Assembly (NCBI GenBank): GCA_964511175.1
Contig: CAZEEI010000003.1
Coordinates: 77,716 to 141,715 of the forward strand
Source: an uncultured Pseudomonadales bacterium
GTDB lineage: Bacteria; Patescibacteriota; Microgenomatia; UBA1400; UBA1396
Direction of reading: 5' to 3'
DNA length: 64,000 nt
Shown here: in pieces, positions 36,461-45,547 of the stretch
How positions within the stretch are numbered: position 1 is the first letter of the stretch
How the letters are laid out: every line of letters starts with the position of its first letter
Made by a program: the position numbers and the translations under genes
Notes under the pieces: generated by a model
What the model was told of the DNA's origin: nothing
Database searches by the model: none
The model's input: only the letters and a program-made list of their open reading frames with translations

Positions 36461-37576
36461 ATGGCTGACCTGCCCCAAAATGAGCCAGCGAAGGTGAAGT
36501 CCACGACGGTCGCTGAGCCGTTGGATCCACTGATCCAGGAAGAGATCGACGAACTGCAAAAGCGGATCGCCGGTGCTGGTTTGCCGGAGGGGTTAAGTTT
36601 CAAGATCGAGCGCATGATGCGCCACTTGATGCGGGCGGCGCGCAGTCAGGCCTATTCGGAAGAGCTGGAGCGCACGTCTAAGTACATCGAGTGGTGTTCC
36701 CAGGTGCCCTGGGATAAGTTAACCCAAGACAATCTGGATATTGAGAACGCTAAGAAAATCCTCGAATCCCACCACTATGGCATGCAGGATATTAAGGACC
36801 GTATTCTGGAGTATGTGGCGATTCTTAATTTCCAGCAGCAACAGACTGGTGCTGACCGGGAGGATATTCGCGCGCCAATTCTGCTTTTGGTGGGCTTGGT
36901 TGGTACCGGTAAAACGACCTTTGCTTATTCGATTGCCGAAGCCTTGAACCGGGAGATTGTGCGTGTTCCCTTTGGTGGTATGGGTTCGGCTCGCGACTTG
37001 CGGGGCGAATCTCGTTTACACCTGGAAGCCGAGCCTGGACTAATTATTAAGGGTCTGACCCAGGCCAAGTCGCGCAACCCCGTGATGCTACTGGATGAAA
37101 TCGACCGCGTAGCTGCCGAAACACGCATGGACATTATGGGCGTGCTGGTCGAGTTGCTGGATCCCACCCAGAACAAACAATTCACCGATCATTACTTAGA
37201 TTATCCCGTCGACCTGTCTCAGGTTCTGTTTATTGCCACCGCCAACAACACGCGCGATATCGCCACTGCCGTGTATGACCGCATGGAACATTTGGATATG
37301 CCTTCTTACACCGACGAAGAAAAGATCGTCATTGCCAAGCGCTACACCATGCCCCAATTGCTCAAGGAAGCGGGTATGCCGCCGGAAGCGATTATTTTGG
37401 CTGATGATGTTTGGATCCGAATGGTGCGCCCGCTCGGTTTTGACGCCGGTATCCGTACTTTGGAGCGCACCCTCAAAAACGTAGTGTCTAAATCCGCGCG
37501 GTTGATGGTGGAGCGCAAGATTAAGCAGGTGGTAATTACCCAGGAAAACGTTAAATACTTTGTGCCCAGTTATTAA
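36461..37576 (+). CDS. Lon-like AAA+ ATPase lacking N-terminal and protease domains
   Basis: HYGM..IKDRILEY, GLVGTGKT, LLDEIDR, LLDP.QN..F.DHY, ATAN, DRME; ends before the protease domain. Confidence 0.88.
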   Translation: MADLPQNEPAKVKSTTVAEPLDPLIQEEIDELQKRIAGAGLPEGLSFKIERMMRHLMRAARSQAYSEELERTSKYIEWCSQVPWDKLTQDNLDIENAKKILESHHYGMQDIKDRILEYVAILNFQQQQTGADREDIRAPILLLVGLVGTGKTTFAYSIAEALNREIVRVPFGGMGSARDLRGESRLHLEAEPGLIIKGLTQAKSRNPVMLLDEIDRVAAETRMDIMGVLVELLDPTQNKQFTDHYLDYPVDLSQVLFIATANNTRDIATAVYDRMEHLDMPSYTDEEKIVIAKRYTMPQLLKEAGMPPEAIILADDVWIRMVRPLGFDAGIRTLERTLKNVVSKSARLMVERKIKQVVITQENVKYFVPSY

Positions 37577-37638
37577 GTTTCGTACAAAATGCCAAAAAGC
37601 GGTTTTTGATATATGTCCAAACGTAATACAATGCGTCC

Positions 37639-38349
37639 ATGGCAACATTTTTGTTTTCTGTAATAGTGCCGGTTTATAATGAAGAGAAGCTTCTTCCGGC
37701 TTGTTTGCGTTCACTTTTGGCGCAAAATTTTCCCCGCGATCAGTTTGAAGTGATTGTGGTTGATAATAACTCCAGCGATAACTCAGCCAAGGTGGCCAAG
37801 ACCTTCCCGGTACGTTTGGTAGAAGCGTCCCAACAAGGTATCGTGGCAGCCCGCGACGCTGGGGCCAAACACAGCCGCGGTGCTATTTTGATCAACTTGG
37901 ACGCCGACTGCCGCGCGCCAACCGATTATCTCCTGCGTGTGGCGGAGCACTTTGCTGCCCGACCGGAATTAATGGCACTGACCGGGCCTTACCGCATGCC
38001 GCGGCCAGATTGGACGGTACGGTGGATTACCAGATTGATGGTTTTTGGCGAAAAGTTATTTGGCAAAAGCGTTGCTTACTGGGGCGGCAACTTTGCGGTA
38101 CGTAAAACAGCGTGGCAAAAAGTGGGTGGTTACGATCCGCGTTTTCCCCGGAGTGATCAGTTGTCCCTGCTTTATCGTTTAAATCGCATCGGTGTGACCA
38201 GTTTTGACCCCCAGCTAATGATTGACAGTTCACCGCGCCGGCAGCAGCGCCCGTTGAAATTTTTACTGGAAGGGTTGTCTTATTTTGTGGACATGATTAC
38301 CGTCCGTTTGTGGGGTAAGTCGGTGCTACGTTGGGAAGACATTCGCTAA
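37639..38349 (+). CDS. glycosyltransferase family 2
   Basis: SVIVPVYNEE, VVDNNSSD, LDAD. Confidence 0.9.
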   Translation: MATFLFSVIVPVYNEEKLLPACLRSLLAQNFPRDQFEVIVVDNNSSDNSAKVAKTFPVRLVEASQQGIVAARDAGAKHSRGAILINLDADCRAPTDYLLRVAEHFAARPELMALTGPYRMPRPDWTVRWITRLMVFGEKLFGKSVAYWGGNFAVRKTAWQKVGGYDPRFPRSDQLSLLYRLNRIGVTSFDPQLMIDSSPRRQQRPLKFLLEGLSYFVDMITVRLWGKSVLRWEDIR

Positions 38350-38371
38350 ACAGGCATAGTACAATGGGGGC

Positions 38372-38998
38372 GTGAATAAAACTGAGGCCCACCAAGCACT
38401 ACTCCGCAAAATGGAGAGCTTGGCCGGCAAGCTACCTCTTTGCGAGAAAGCGGCAGATATTGTGCTTGGTCAAGGCAACTTAGATGCCGAAGTGATGTTT
38501 ATCGGCGAAGCCCCTGGCGAAAATGAAGCGATTCAACGTATCCCGTTCGTAGGGCGGGCGGGCCAACTGCTGAATCGCACCCTGACTGAATATAAAATGA
38601 AGCGGGAAGACACGTACGTTTCCAACATCGTTAAGGCCCGCCCGCCCGGCAACCGCGATCCGGAACCGGACGAAATCGCTGCTTATCTTCCTTTTCTTCT
38701 CGAGGAAATCGCCATCGTCCAACCCAAATTATTTGTTTCGCTGGGTCGCTTTTCGCTCAACTTCTTTTTGCCGGATGCTAAAATCAGCGCCGTCCACGGC
38801 GTTCTCCAGCGCTTTTGGTGGCAGGATCAAATTACCTACCTTTTGCCGCAGTATCACCCAGCAGCAGCGCTACGCGGCACCAACGTGCTCAACGCTTTTC
38901 GCGCCGATATTGCTAAGATACCTAAGGCGTTGGCCTACGCCCGCACCCACCAATCACACGATCAAGAAGTACGGAAAGTGAAAAACGCATTATTATGA
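38372..38998 (+). CDS. uracil-DNA glycosylase family 4
   Basis: FIGEAPG, PFVGRAG, RPPGNRDP, YHPAA. Confidence 0.92.
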   Translation: MNKTEAHQALLRKMESLAGKLPLCEKAADIVLGQGNLDAEVMFIGEAPGENEAIQRIPFVGRAGQLLNRTLTEYKMKREDTYVSNIVKARPPGNRDPEPDEIAAYLPFLLEEIAIVQPKLFVSLGRFSLNFFLPDAKISAVHGVLQRFWWQDQITYLLPQYHPAAALRGTNVLNAFRADIAKIPKALAYARTHQSHDQEVRKVKNALL

Positions 38999-39007
38999 AG
39001 GAGAGCT

Positions 39008-40378
39008 ATGCTTAAAATTTTTCCCATGGGCGGGATCGGTGGTGTCACCAAAAATATGTTTGTTTACGAACTGGATCAGGATTTACTCGTGGTTGACTGC
39101 GGTATCGGTTTTCCTGATGTGACGATGCCGGACGTTGATTTTTTAATTCCAGACGTTAATTATTTGCAGGGACGTTTGCAGCAGGGTGCCAAACTGCACG
39201 GTATCGTGTTGACCCACGGCCACGATGACCATATCGCTGCCTTGCCTTATATTTTGCCGGAACTACAAGTGGATGTCCCCATTTATGGTTCGCCGCTGAC
39301 CGCCGAGTTTGCTATGAGCCGTTTGGCCGATCGGGGTGTGGAGCACGAAGTGATTCCTTTTGACGAAGGCAGGATTCGTCTGGGACCTTTTGAAATTGAA
39401 ACAATCCGCGTTACCCACTCGGTGCCGGATTCCCGTCACTTAGTCATCCGGACGCCAGCCGGTACCGTTTACCATGGTTCCGACTTTAAGATCGACTTAA
39501 CGCCTATTGACGGCCGCAGCATGGATTTACAGCGGATTGCCGAAGTTGGCCGGGAGGGTATTGATTGCGCGCTCCTAGATTGTTTGCGGATTGAACGCCG
39601 CGATCCTAGTTTGTCGGAAGCGGTGGTGGGCCCAGCCCTGCGCCGGGAAATGTATGGCGTGGAAGGTTGCGTTTTTGTGACCTTAATGAGTTCCAGCCTG
39701 CACCGTGTGCAGCAGGTGATTAATACCGCCGCCGAATTTGGACGCAAAGTAACCTTCATTGGCCGTTCGGTCGAACAAAACGTCAACACCGCCATGAGCA
39801 TGGGGATACTCAACTTTCCTGCCAACGTCAAACTCAACAAACGCAACCTGGAGAAAGTGCCGTCCAACGAACTATGCATCATCATTGCCGGCAGCCAGGG
39901 ACAACCAGGTTCCTCGCTGGTGCGGGCGGTGAGCGGCGAGCACCGTTATATTTCGTTAGAGCACGGTGATAAAGTGATTTTTTCTTCCGAGCCGATTCCT
40001 GGCAGTGAGAGCGACGTTTACCACACCATTAACGAAATAGCCAAACAGGGTGTGGAAGTGGTTTACTCGGACATCGAAGATGACCTGCACGTTTCCGGTC
40101 ACGCTGGCGCTTACGAACAGATGCTCATGGTTCAACTCCTGCGGCCCAATTTTATTTTCCCCATTGGCGGCGAAGAGCGGCACCGTGTGCAGTTCCAGAA
40201 AGTAGTTAGCCAACATGGTTACCCCTCAACTAAAGTGGTGGTACCCCGTTACGGCCGCATTGTTGAACTGGAGCGCGGCAGTTTCCGTTATGGTGAAACG
40301 GTGCCACTGAGAGAGCGGAAGATGAAGCAAGAGAGGGACGAAGTGGTGGCGTTGACGGATTTGCCGCCACGAGGGTAG
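39008..40378 (+). CDS. rnj: ribonuclease J
   Basis: GG.GGV.KNM, THGHDDH, THSVPD, GSQG, HVSGH. Confidence 0.93.
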   Translation: MLKIFPMGGIGGVTKNMFVYELDQDLLVVDCGIGFPDVTMPDVDFLIPDVNYLQGRLQQGAKLHGIVLTHGHDDHIAALPYILPELQVDVPIYGSPLTAEFAMSRLADRGVEHEVIPFDEGRIRLGPFEIETIRVTHSVPDSRHLVIRTPAGTVYHGSDFKIDLTPIDGRSMDLQRIAEVGREGIDCALLDCLRIERRDPSLSEAVVGPALRREMYGVEGCVFVTLMSSSLHRVQQVINTAAEFGRKVTFIGRSVEQNVNTAMSMGILNFPANVKLNKRNLEKVPSNELCIIIAGSQGQPGSSLVRAVSGEHRYISLEHGDKVIFSSEPIPGSESDVYHTINEIAKQGVEVVYSDIEDDLHVSGHAGAYEQMLMVQLLRPNFIFPIGGEERHRVQFQKVVSQHGYPSTKVVVPRYGRIVELERGSFRYGETVPLRERKMKQERDEVVALTDLPPRG

Positions 40379-40380
40379 TT

Positions 40381-41103
40381 ATGGTACGCAAGATTAATGC
40401 TTATCAGTTGAATCCTGAGCTGCATGCCAAGCTGGGACAGCAAATCGGTTCGGCCACTAAACCAGATCAAATTCTTGATATTCTTCAGCGCGAAGGTTAC
40501 CCGCTTAAAGAAGGAACAAAAGCCGTTCTAGAGGCAGCCGACCGATTATTTAGCAATCATGCTTCATTGCCGTTACTACAAAAGTTTACCCTTAATGGTC
40601 AAACATACGTTCTCCGTTATTATTTAGATGTTGCTCCAGTGGGGAATGTTTATCCAAAAGAATGGAATGCCGATCCAAGAGAAAGGACTAGTATCTATCT
40701 ATCGGTAGTGTATGGTTCCGGACACAATTTGCCACCCATGTCGGGTGCTTTCGATACTAAACTGAGATATAACGAAATTGCCGTGCGTAAATGGACGCCT
40801 GATTTTTCTCAAAAAGGTAAAGTAGCAATTTCCAGTGTTTCCAGTTCACGGCCCAATTATGGCGGGCAAGGATTTTCTTTGGCTCTGGGTTTGTTAAGTA
40901 ATATCTTAATCAGAGATTGTATGCAGCGGCGAATGTTTAAGGGTTGCCAAAAAGTTAAAGCCACGATCGCTGATCTATCTAATCGTCTGGGCTGGTCAAC
41001 TAATTTGGCACTTATGCTGGGTTTTGGAGAACCGCCGAAGTCGTCGGAGCCGTTTTATCATGATTTTGAAAGTATTTTTGACGTTCCTGCTGACCAGCAA
41101 TAA
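40381..41103 (+). CDS. hypothetical protein
   Basis: 240-aa ORF. Confidence 0.6.
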   Translation: MVRKINAYQLNPELHAKLGQQIGSATKPDQILDILQREGYPLKEGTKAVLEAADRLFSNHASLPLLQKFTLNGQTYVLRYYLDVAPVGNVYPKEWNADPRERTSIYLSVVYGSGHNLPPMSGAFDTKLRYNEIAVRKWTPDFSQKGKVAISSVSSSRPNYGGQGFSLALGLLSNILIRDCMQRRMFKGCQKVKATIADLSNRLGWSTNLALMLGFGEPPKSSEPFYHDFESIFDVPADQQ

Positions 41104-41105
41104 GA

Positions 41106-41828
41106 TCACGTAGTTAGTTCAATCACCGGTGTCCGACACAAGTGTCCGTGCCGCTTCAGCCAGCCGCGGCGAACGCGGAAATCCGGATCGTGTTGTTCCA
41201 CCAGTTGCCAAAAATTAGCCGAATGATTAAGGTGGGTACGGTGCGCCAGCTCGTGAATAACCACGTAGCGCATCACCAGCAGCGGGACGTGAGCCAGCCG
41301 CCAGTTGAGTGTAATCGCGCCGTGGTTGGTACAACTTCCCCAACGTGAAGCGGTGTCGCGGAAGCGCAGAGTCGGTACGGCGACGACCATTTTTTGGGCA
41401 TACTCGATTAGTAGCGGTGTAGCGTGTTCACTAGCCTTAGTTTTGAGCCAGCGTTCCAGTTGTTGAGTGGCCGACTCCACCGTAAACGTGACGGGATAAA
41501 TATGGAGAATACTTGCTGTGTCGGCAAACACCCGGTCAGATGGCGCGGCTGGCGTGTTGTATAGCTGGAGACGGTGCAGTTTACCCAGGTAAAACATCGA
41601 ATTGGGGGGTAGTGAGCCGTGGCGTTCTAGCTGACTTTGGATCCAAGCGGCTTGTTGTTGTAAAAAGGATTCGATTACACCCCGTCGAACATAGCGGGGG
41701 GTGGCCAGACGCAGGCCTTTTTTAGTGAGGCTAAGCCGAATGTTGCGGGCGATTGGTGAAGTTACCCAATTCAACTCGCAGTCCTGGCCATTGGGTAAAG
41801 TAAAGGTGATGATTTGGCTTTTAGTCAT
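41106..41828 (-). CDS. YgjP/DUF45 metallohydrolase
   Basis: SRWGSC, LNWRL, YVVIHELAH, NHS..FW. Confidence 0.9.
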   Translation of the reverse strand: MTKSQIITFTLPNGQDCELNWVTSPIARNIRLSLTKKGLRLATPRYVRRGVIESFLQQQAAWIQSQLERHGSLPPNSMFYLGKLHRLQLYNTPAAPSDRVFADTASILHIYPVTFTVESATQQLERWLKTKASEHATPLLIEYAQKMVVAVPTLRFRDTASRWGSCTNHGAITLNWRLAHVPLLVMRYVVIHELAHRTHLNHSANFWQLVEQHDPDFRVRRGWLKRHGHLCRTPVIELTT

Positions 41829-41886
41829 CGTGGCGTAAATGGTACCACAACCAGCTGGGGGAATCCGGTATAATAGCCGAGTTAAA

Positions 41887-41971
41887 GGAGGTGTCGCCTA
41901 GTGGCCGATGGCAGCGGGTTGCTAACCCGCGACTCGAAAGGGTCACGTGAGTTCAAATCTCACCACCTCCG
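41887..41971 (+). tRNA. tRNA-Ser(GCT)
   Basis: GGAGGTG/CACCTCC-G, GCGGG-TTGCTAA-CCCGC, long variable arm, GTGAG-TTCAAAT-CTCAC. Confidence 0.95.
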
Positions 41972-42043
41972 CAAAACGAACATAAATGTGATAAACTCAA
42001 AACGTTAGTCAAATGGTTAAAATTGAGCCAGGAGAAAAAAGCT

Positions 42044-42331
42044 ATGTCTGAAACTAAAGTAGATGAATTATCAGATGAACAACTTGGTGCAATGGTCGAA
42101 CGAATAAAGGCGCAGGTGCCTTCTGATACTGGAGTCAAACAAGAGATTTTTACACCTATTAATAGGGCTGGATCAGTTACACCAGTAGACAGTCCGCCGT
42201 TAAGACCAACTCAAAATTTCGGATTGAGGGGTGATGCTAGTCGGGTTCAGTGGGATGTATCTCCCAGTGGTGCAGATATGCCTGGACTTACTAATGTTGA
42301 TCCTGAAGAAGATGCCGCAAATCAGGAATAA
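42044..42331 (+). CDS. hypothetical protein
   Basis: ATG after AGGAG; AT-richer islet downstream of tRNA-Ser. Confidence 0.5.
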   Translation: MSETKVDELSDEQLGAMVERIKAQVPSDTGVKQEIFTPINRAGSVTPVDSPPLRPTQNFGLRGDASRVQWDVSPSGADMPGLTNVDPEEDAANQE

Positions 42332-42371
42332 GTGTTTCTTCATAAGTATGTAATAAGAAAAAGGAACCAGC

Positions 42372-42929
42372 ATGTCAAGCGAATCAAATAGTCGGTTTTA
42401 TACGCGGTTTATAAATAGATTTAGAAGAAGGTCGGAAGCAGCTATTAATAAAACAGCTCCAACGCCGGAAGAAAATAATCAAAAGAAGTGTGGCTTAGAC
42501 GTTAATGGATACATTCATCTTTTACCATACCCTTACTTTTTTCCGCATACAGCCTCTATGGAAAATGATCGGAAACAATTCCAGAGGGCTATGTCAAAAA
42601 TCCGACAACTACCTGGCATGTCAAAACTACGCGGCATTATCAATGATAGCTACCCAAAAACTCATCCGCTCCACAAAATTGATTTTGATACCTCTCAAGT
42701 TTTAGTAGAGTCCCCCAAACAGTCAGAATATAAAGAGAAATCGACAATATGGTTGGATACAGAAGGGTATGCTCTTGGCATTGAGGGACTTTACCCCGAT
42801 CTAAGCGAAGAAGATATTGAGGCTATTATCCCAATGATTGCTGTTCAATTATCGAAACAGCTTCCAGAGCATAAAATCAAAGGAATAAAATTCATGAGTG
42901 GTAAAAAGATCTCTTTTGACGATCTTTGA
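42372..42929 (+). CDS. hypothetical protein
   Basis: AAGGA RBS; 185 aa. Confidence 0.6.
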   Translation: MSSESNSRFYTRFINRFRRRSEAAINKTAPTPEENNQKKCGLDVNGYIHLLPYPYFFPHTASMENDRKQFQRAMSKIRQLPGMSKLRGIINDSYPKTHPLHKIDFDTSQVLVESPKQSEYKEKSTIWLDTEGYALGIEGLYPDLSEEDIEAIIPMIAVQLSKQLPEHKIKGIKFMSGKKISFDDL

Positions 42930-42987
42930 GTTCTAACTGCGTCTCAGCCCGCTCACAGTTATTTATACCCAAGCATATAATGTAACT

Positions 42988-43404
42988 ATGAACCAAGACG
43001 AAGGGCTTCTCTTACCAGGTCATATCGGTAAACTGCAAAGAGCGGGCGTCACGCTTAAGGATAATTCGGAGGTTGGTTTGGGGAAACTCCTCGCGGAACA
43101 CGCGCCACTGGTTTTTACCATTCTGCTTGATGAAATTCGCAACGCACTATTCAGCGCTAATCCTGCCAATGTAGAGACGTATCAGAAAGAAAATCCTAAC
43201 AGTCCTGACACCCAAAATTATATAAAGATGGCGGCCGATTCACTCGCCAAAATCCGTCGGCTGATCCCTATTGTGACGAAATTCATGGCTAACACACCAG
43301 CCGATTCGGACGAAAAACAAAAACTTCAGCAAGAAGTCGACGGATTGAAAGGTAAACTTGAAAATTGGCAGGCGCGGCTAGATGCCATTTCGCCAAAATT
43401 ATGA
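42988..43404 (+). CDS. hypothetical protein
   Basis: TATAAT 6 nt before ATG. Confidence 0.6.
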   Translation: MNQDEGLLLPGHIGKLQRAGVTLKDNSEVGLGKLLAEHAPLVFTILLDEIRNALFSANPANVETYQKENPNSPDTQNYIKMAADSLAKIRRLIPIVTKFMANTPADSDEKQKLQQEVDGLKGKLENWQARLDAISPKL

Positions 43405-43430
43405 CGGGTTGGTCAGAGTACAATAGACCT

Positions 43431-45215
43431 ATGTTTTCGGCCGGCAAAAAAATACTGTTGTTTATCTTGGTTTTTTGTTTCGGGATGTCTTGGTTGGTTT
43501 TTCCCGTCCGCGCCGCCGAACAAATCAGTCTTTTTACTAGCGAAATTACGGTTAATCGGGACACTTCGATTACCATTCAGGAAACCATTCGCTACACTAC
43601 TACCGAAGCCAAGCACGGTATTTACCGCTATATTCCGGTTCGCTACAGCGATCATGGCCTCAACTACACCGCTAAAATTCGCGACATTACCGTTCGGGAC
43701 GAAAATGGTCAAGCCATGCCTTTCTCCCGTTCTTATGACGCCGGCAACGTTGTTCTAAAAATTGGCGACGCCGATGTTACCTTTACCGGTGATAAAACTT
43801 ACGTTCTATCCTATTTGGTCGAAAATGCGGTCAACCAAGTCGTTGATGCTGAAACCAAACAGTCTTTCCCCCAACTTTATTGGGACATAACGGGCGAGGG
43901 GTGGCAGATTGCCATCGCCAGTACCAGTGCCACGGTTCAATCTCCCCACGCGGCCATTAAGCGGGTTGCCTGTTATGCTGGTGCCTATGGCGCTGATAAC
44001 GGCCGGTGCCAAGCTGTTCAGGATACAGCCCAGCAAGCTAGTTTCACCTATACTTTGCCGATTACTTACGGCGACAATGTAACCGTAGCTATCGCATTGG
44101 ATTCGGACGGACAGATCATTTTTCCGGGACGACTACAAATTTTAGGAAAACAAATTAGGGATAATCTAGGGCTGTTACCCCTTTTGCTACCCGGTCTAGT
44201 GATGTTTGTTTGGTGGTGGAAAAAGGGTCGGGATCGGGTTTTTGCGTCTTGGAACGTGTTTAATTCTGATGAAAAACGCCCGCAACATCTGGCCCCGCTT
44301 TTGTTGCGGCGCAATATTCCGCTGGTTTACGAGCCAATTCAAGGGCTGACACCCGGGGAAGCGGGAGGCATTTTGGACGAAAAGGTTGATCTCCAAGATA
44401 TCATTGCGGAGATTATCGATTTAGCTAGGTTGAAGTGTTTATCAGTCGAGCGCTTGGAAAAGAAAAAGCTGCTTGGCACAGAAACCGATTATCTTCTCCG
44501 GAAACTACCCCAAACGAAAGTGCTGTTAAGTACCCACCAGCAGTACTTATTAGATCATTTGTTCGAGGGTAAAGCGGAAGTTAAGCTCTCCAATCTGAAG
44601 GGCAAGTTTTACACCCACATTGATAAGCTCCGCCAACTTATTTTTCAGTCTCTGCTGGAGAAGAAATTATTTGTCAGCCAGCCGCAGACTACCCGTGGTT
44701 GGGCCTTGGCTGTGGCGATAATGATGTCGATTATTCTTTTTGGTTGGTGCAGTTATCTGGCTAATCAGGGTATTTGGTTAGCCATCCCAATTTACGTTAT
44801 TTCGGTTCTACTGGCTCTACTCTTGGCCTACAACCTACCGGCTAAAACTGCCAAAGGTTACAACTACAGCCAGCAGGCCAAAGGACTGCGGCGCACGATT
44901 CAATATGGAGCGTGGCGGGAAAAAATTAAGGAGAAACATCTTTTTATTGAGGAAGTTTTGCCTTTCGCGGTGGCTTTTGGGGTAGTAAATAAATTAAGCC
45001 AGGATATGGCCGACCTCCAACTGAAACCGCCTGACTACCTGGGTACTAGTACCCTCAATGGTTGGACAACCGCCAGTTTTGTGCGTTCCTTTACGGCCAA
45101 CGCGACCGCAACGCTGGCCTACAACCCTTCTTCTTCCAGTCGCAGTTCCGGCTCCGGTTTTTCGGGTGGCTTTTCGGGTGGGGGTGGTGGGGGTGGTGGG
45201 GGTGGTAGTTGGTAG
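43431..45215 (+). CDS. DUF2207 membrane protein
   Basis: signal peptide, HGIYRYIP, LYWDITG.GW, LPFAVAFG, Gly-rich GGGGSW end. Confidence 0.9.
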   Translation: MFSAGKKILLFILVFCFGMSWLVFPVRAAEQISLFTSEITVNRDTSITIQETIRYTTTEAKHGIYRYIPVRYSDHGLNYTAKIRDITVRDENGQAMPFSRSYDAGNVVLKIGDADVTFTGDKTYVLSYLVENAVNQVVDAETKQSFPQLYWDITGEGWQIAIASTSATVQSPHAAIKRVACYAGAYGADNGRCQAVQDTAQQASFTYTLPITYGDNVTVAIALDSDGQIIFPGRLQILGKQIRDNLGLLPLLLPGLVMFVWWWKKGRDRVFASWNVFNSDEKRPQHLAPLLLRRNIPLVYEPIQGLTPGEAGGILDEKVDLQDIIAEIIDLARLKCLSVERLEKKKLLGTETDYLLRKLPQTKVLLSTHQQYLLDHLFEGKAEVKLSNLKGKFYTHIDKLRQLIFQSLLEKKLFVSQPQTTRGWALAVAIMMSIILFGWCSYLANQGIWLAIPIYVISVLLALLLAYNLPAKTAKGYNYSQQAKGLRRTIQYGAWREKIKEKHLFIEEVLPFAVAFGVVNKLSQDMADLQLKPPDYLGTSTLNGWTTASFVRSFTANATATLAYNPSSSSRSSGSGFSGGFSGGGGGGGGGGSW

Positions 45216-45278
45216 TCCGGCCTGATTCTGCCGGATAGTGTAAAATGCAGATTTATCTATTTTAAGGGGGGGATAAAT

Positions 45279-45545
45279 ATGTCATTTTTCGATGAAACCG
45301 AACTTGATACAGATGTTTCTGGCGAATACGCCGCGCACTCAACTAGGCCAAAATCAATTACCGAGCTACTTTCTTTTGAAGGTCTTGGGGCAGAAGTTAA
45401 TGATCAGGATCAAATAGTTACTGTTTCGCGTCAAGCAATCTGGGCTAGTCCGGACTGGGTCGGTATTTTTGCCTGTATCGACTGGATTCATAGTAATACT
45501 ATTTGGAAAGTACGTTATCAAGAAGACCAAGGCGCTACCCGCTAA
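45279..45545 (+). CDS. hypothetical protein
   Basis: 88 aa with G-rich RBS. Confidence 0.45.
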   Translation: MSFFDETELDTDVSGEYAAHSTRPKSITELLSFEGLGAEVNDQDQIVTVSRQAIWASPDWVGIFACIDWIHSNTIWKVRYQEDQGATR

Positions 45546-45547
45546 CT

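Noticed and set aside
45160-45215. G-rich tandem repeat / G-quadruplex
   Set aside because: Explained by the Gly-rich C-terminus typical of DUF2207 proteins
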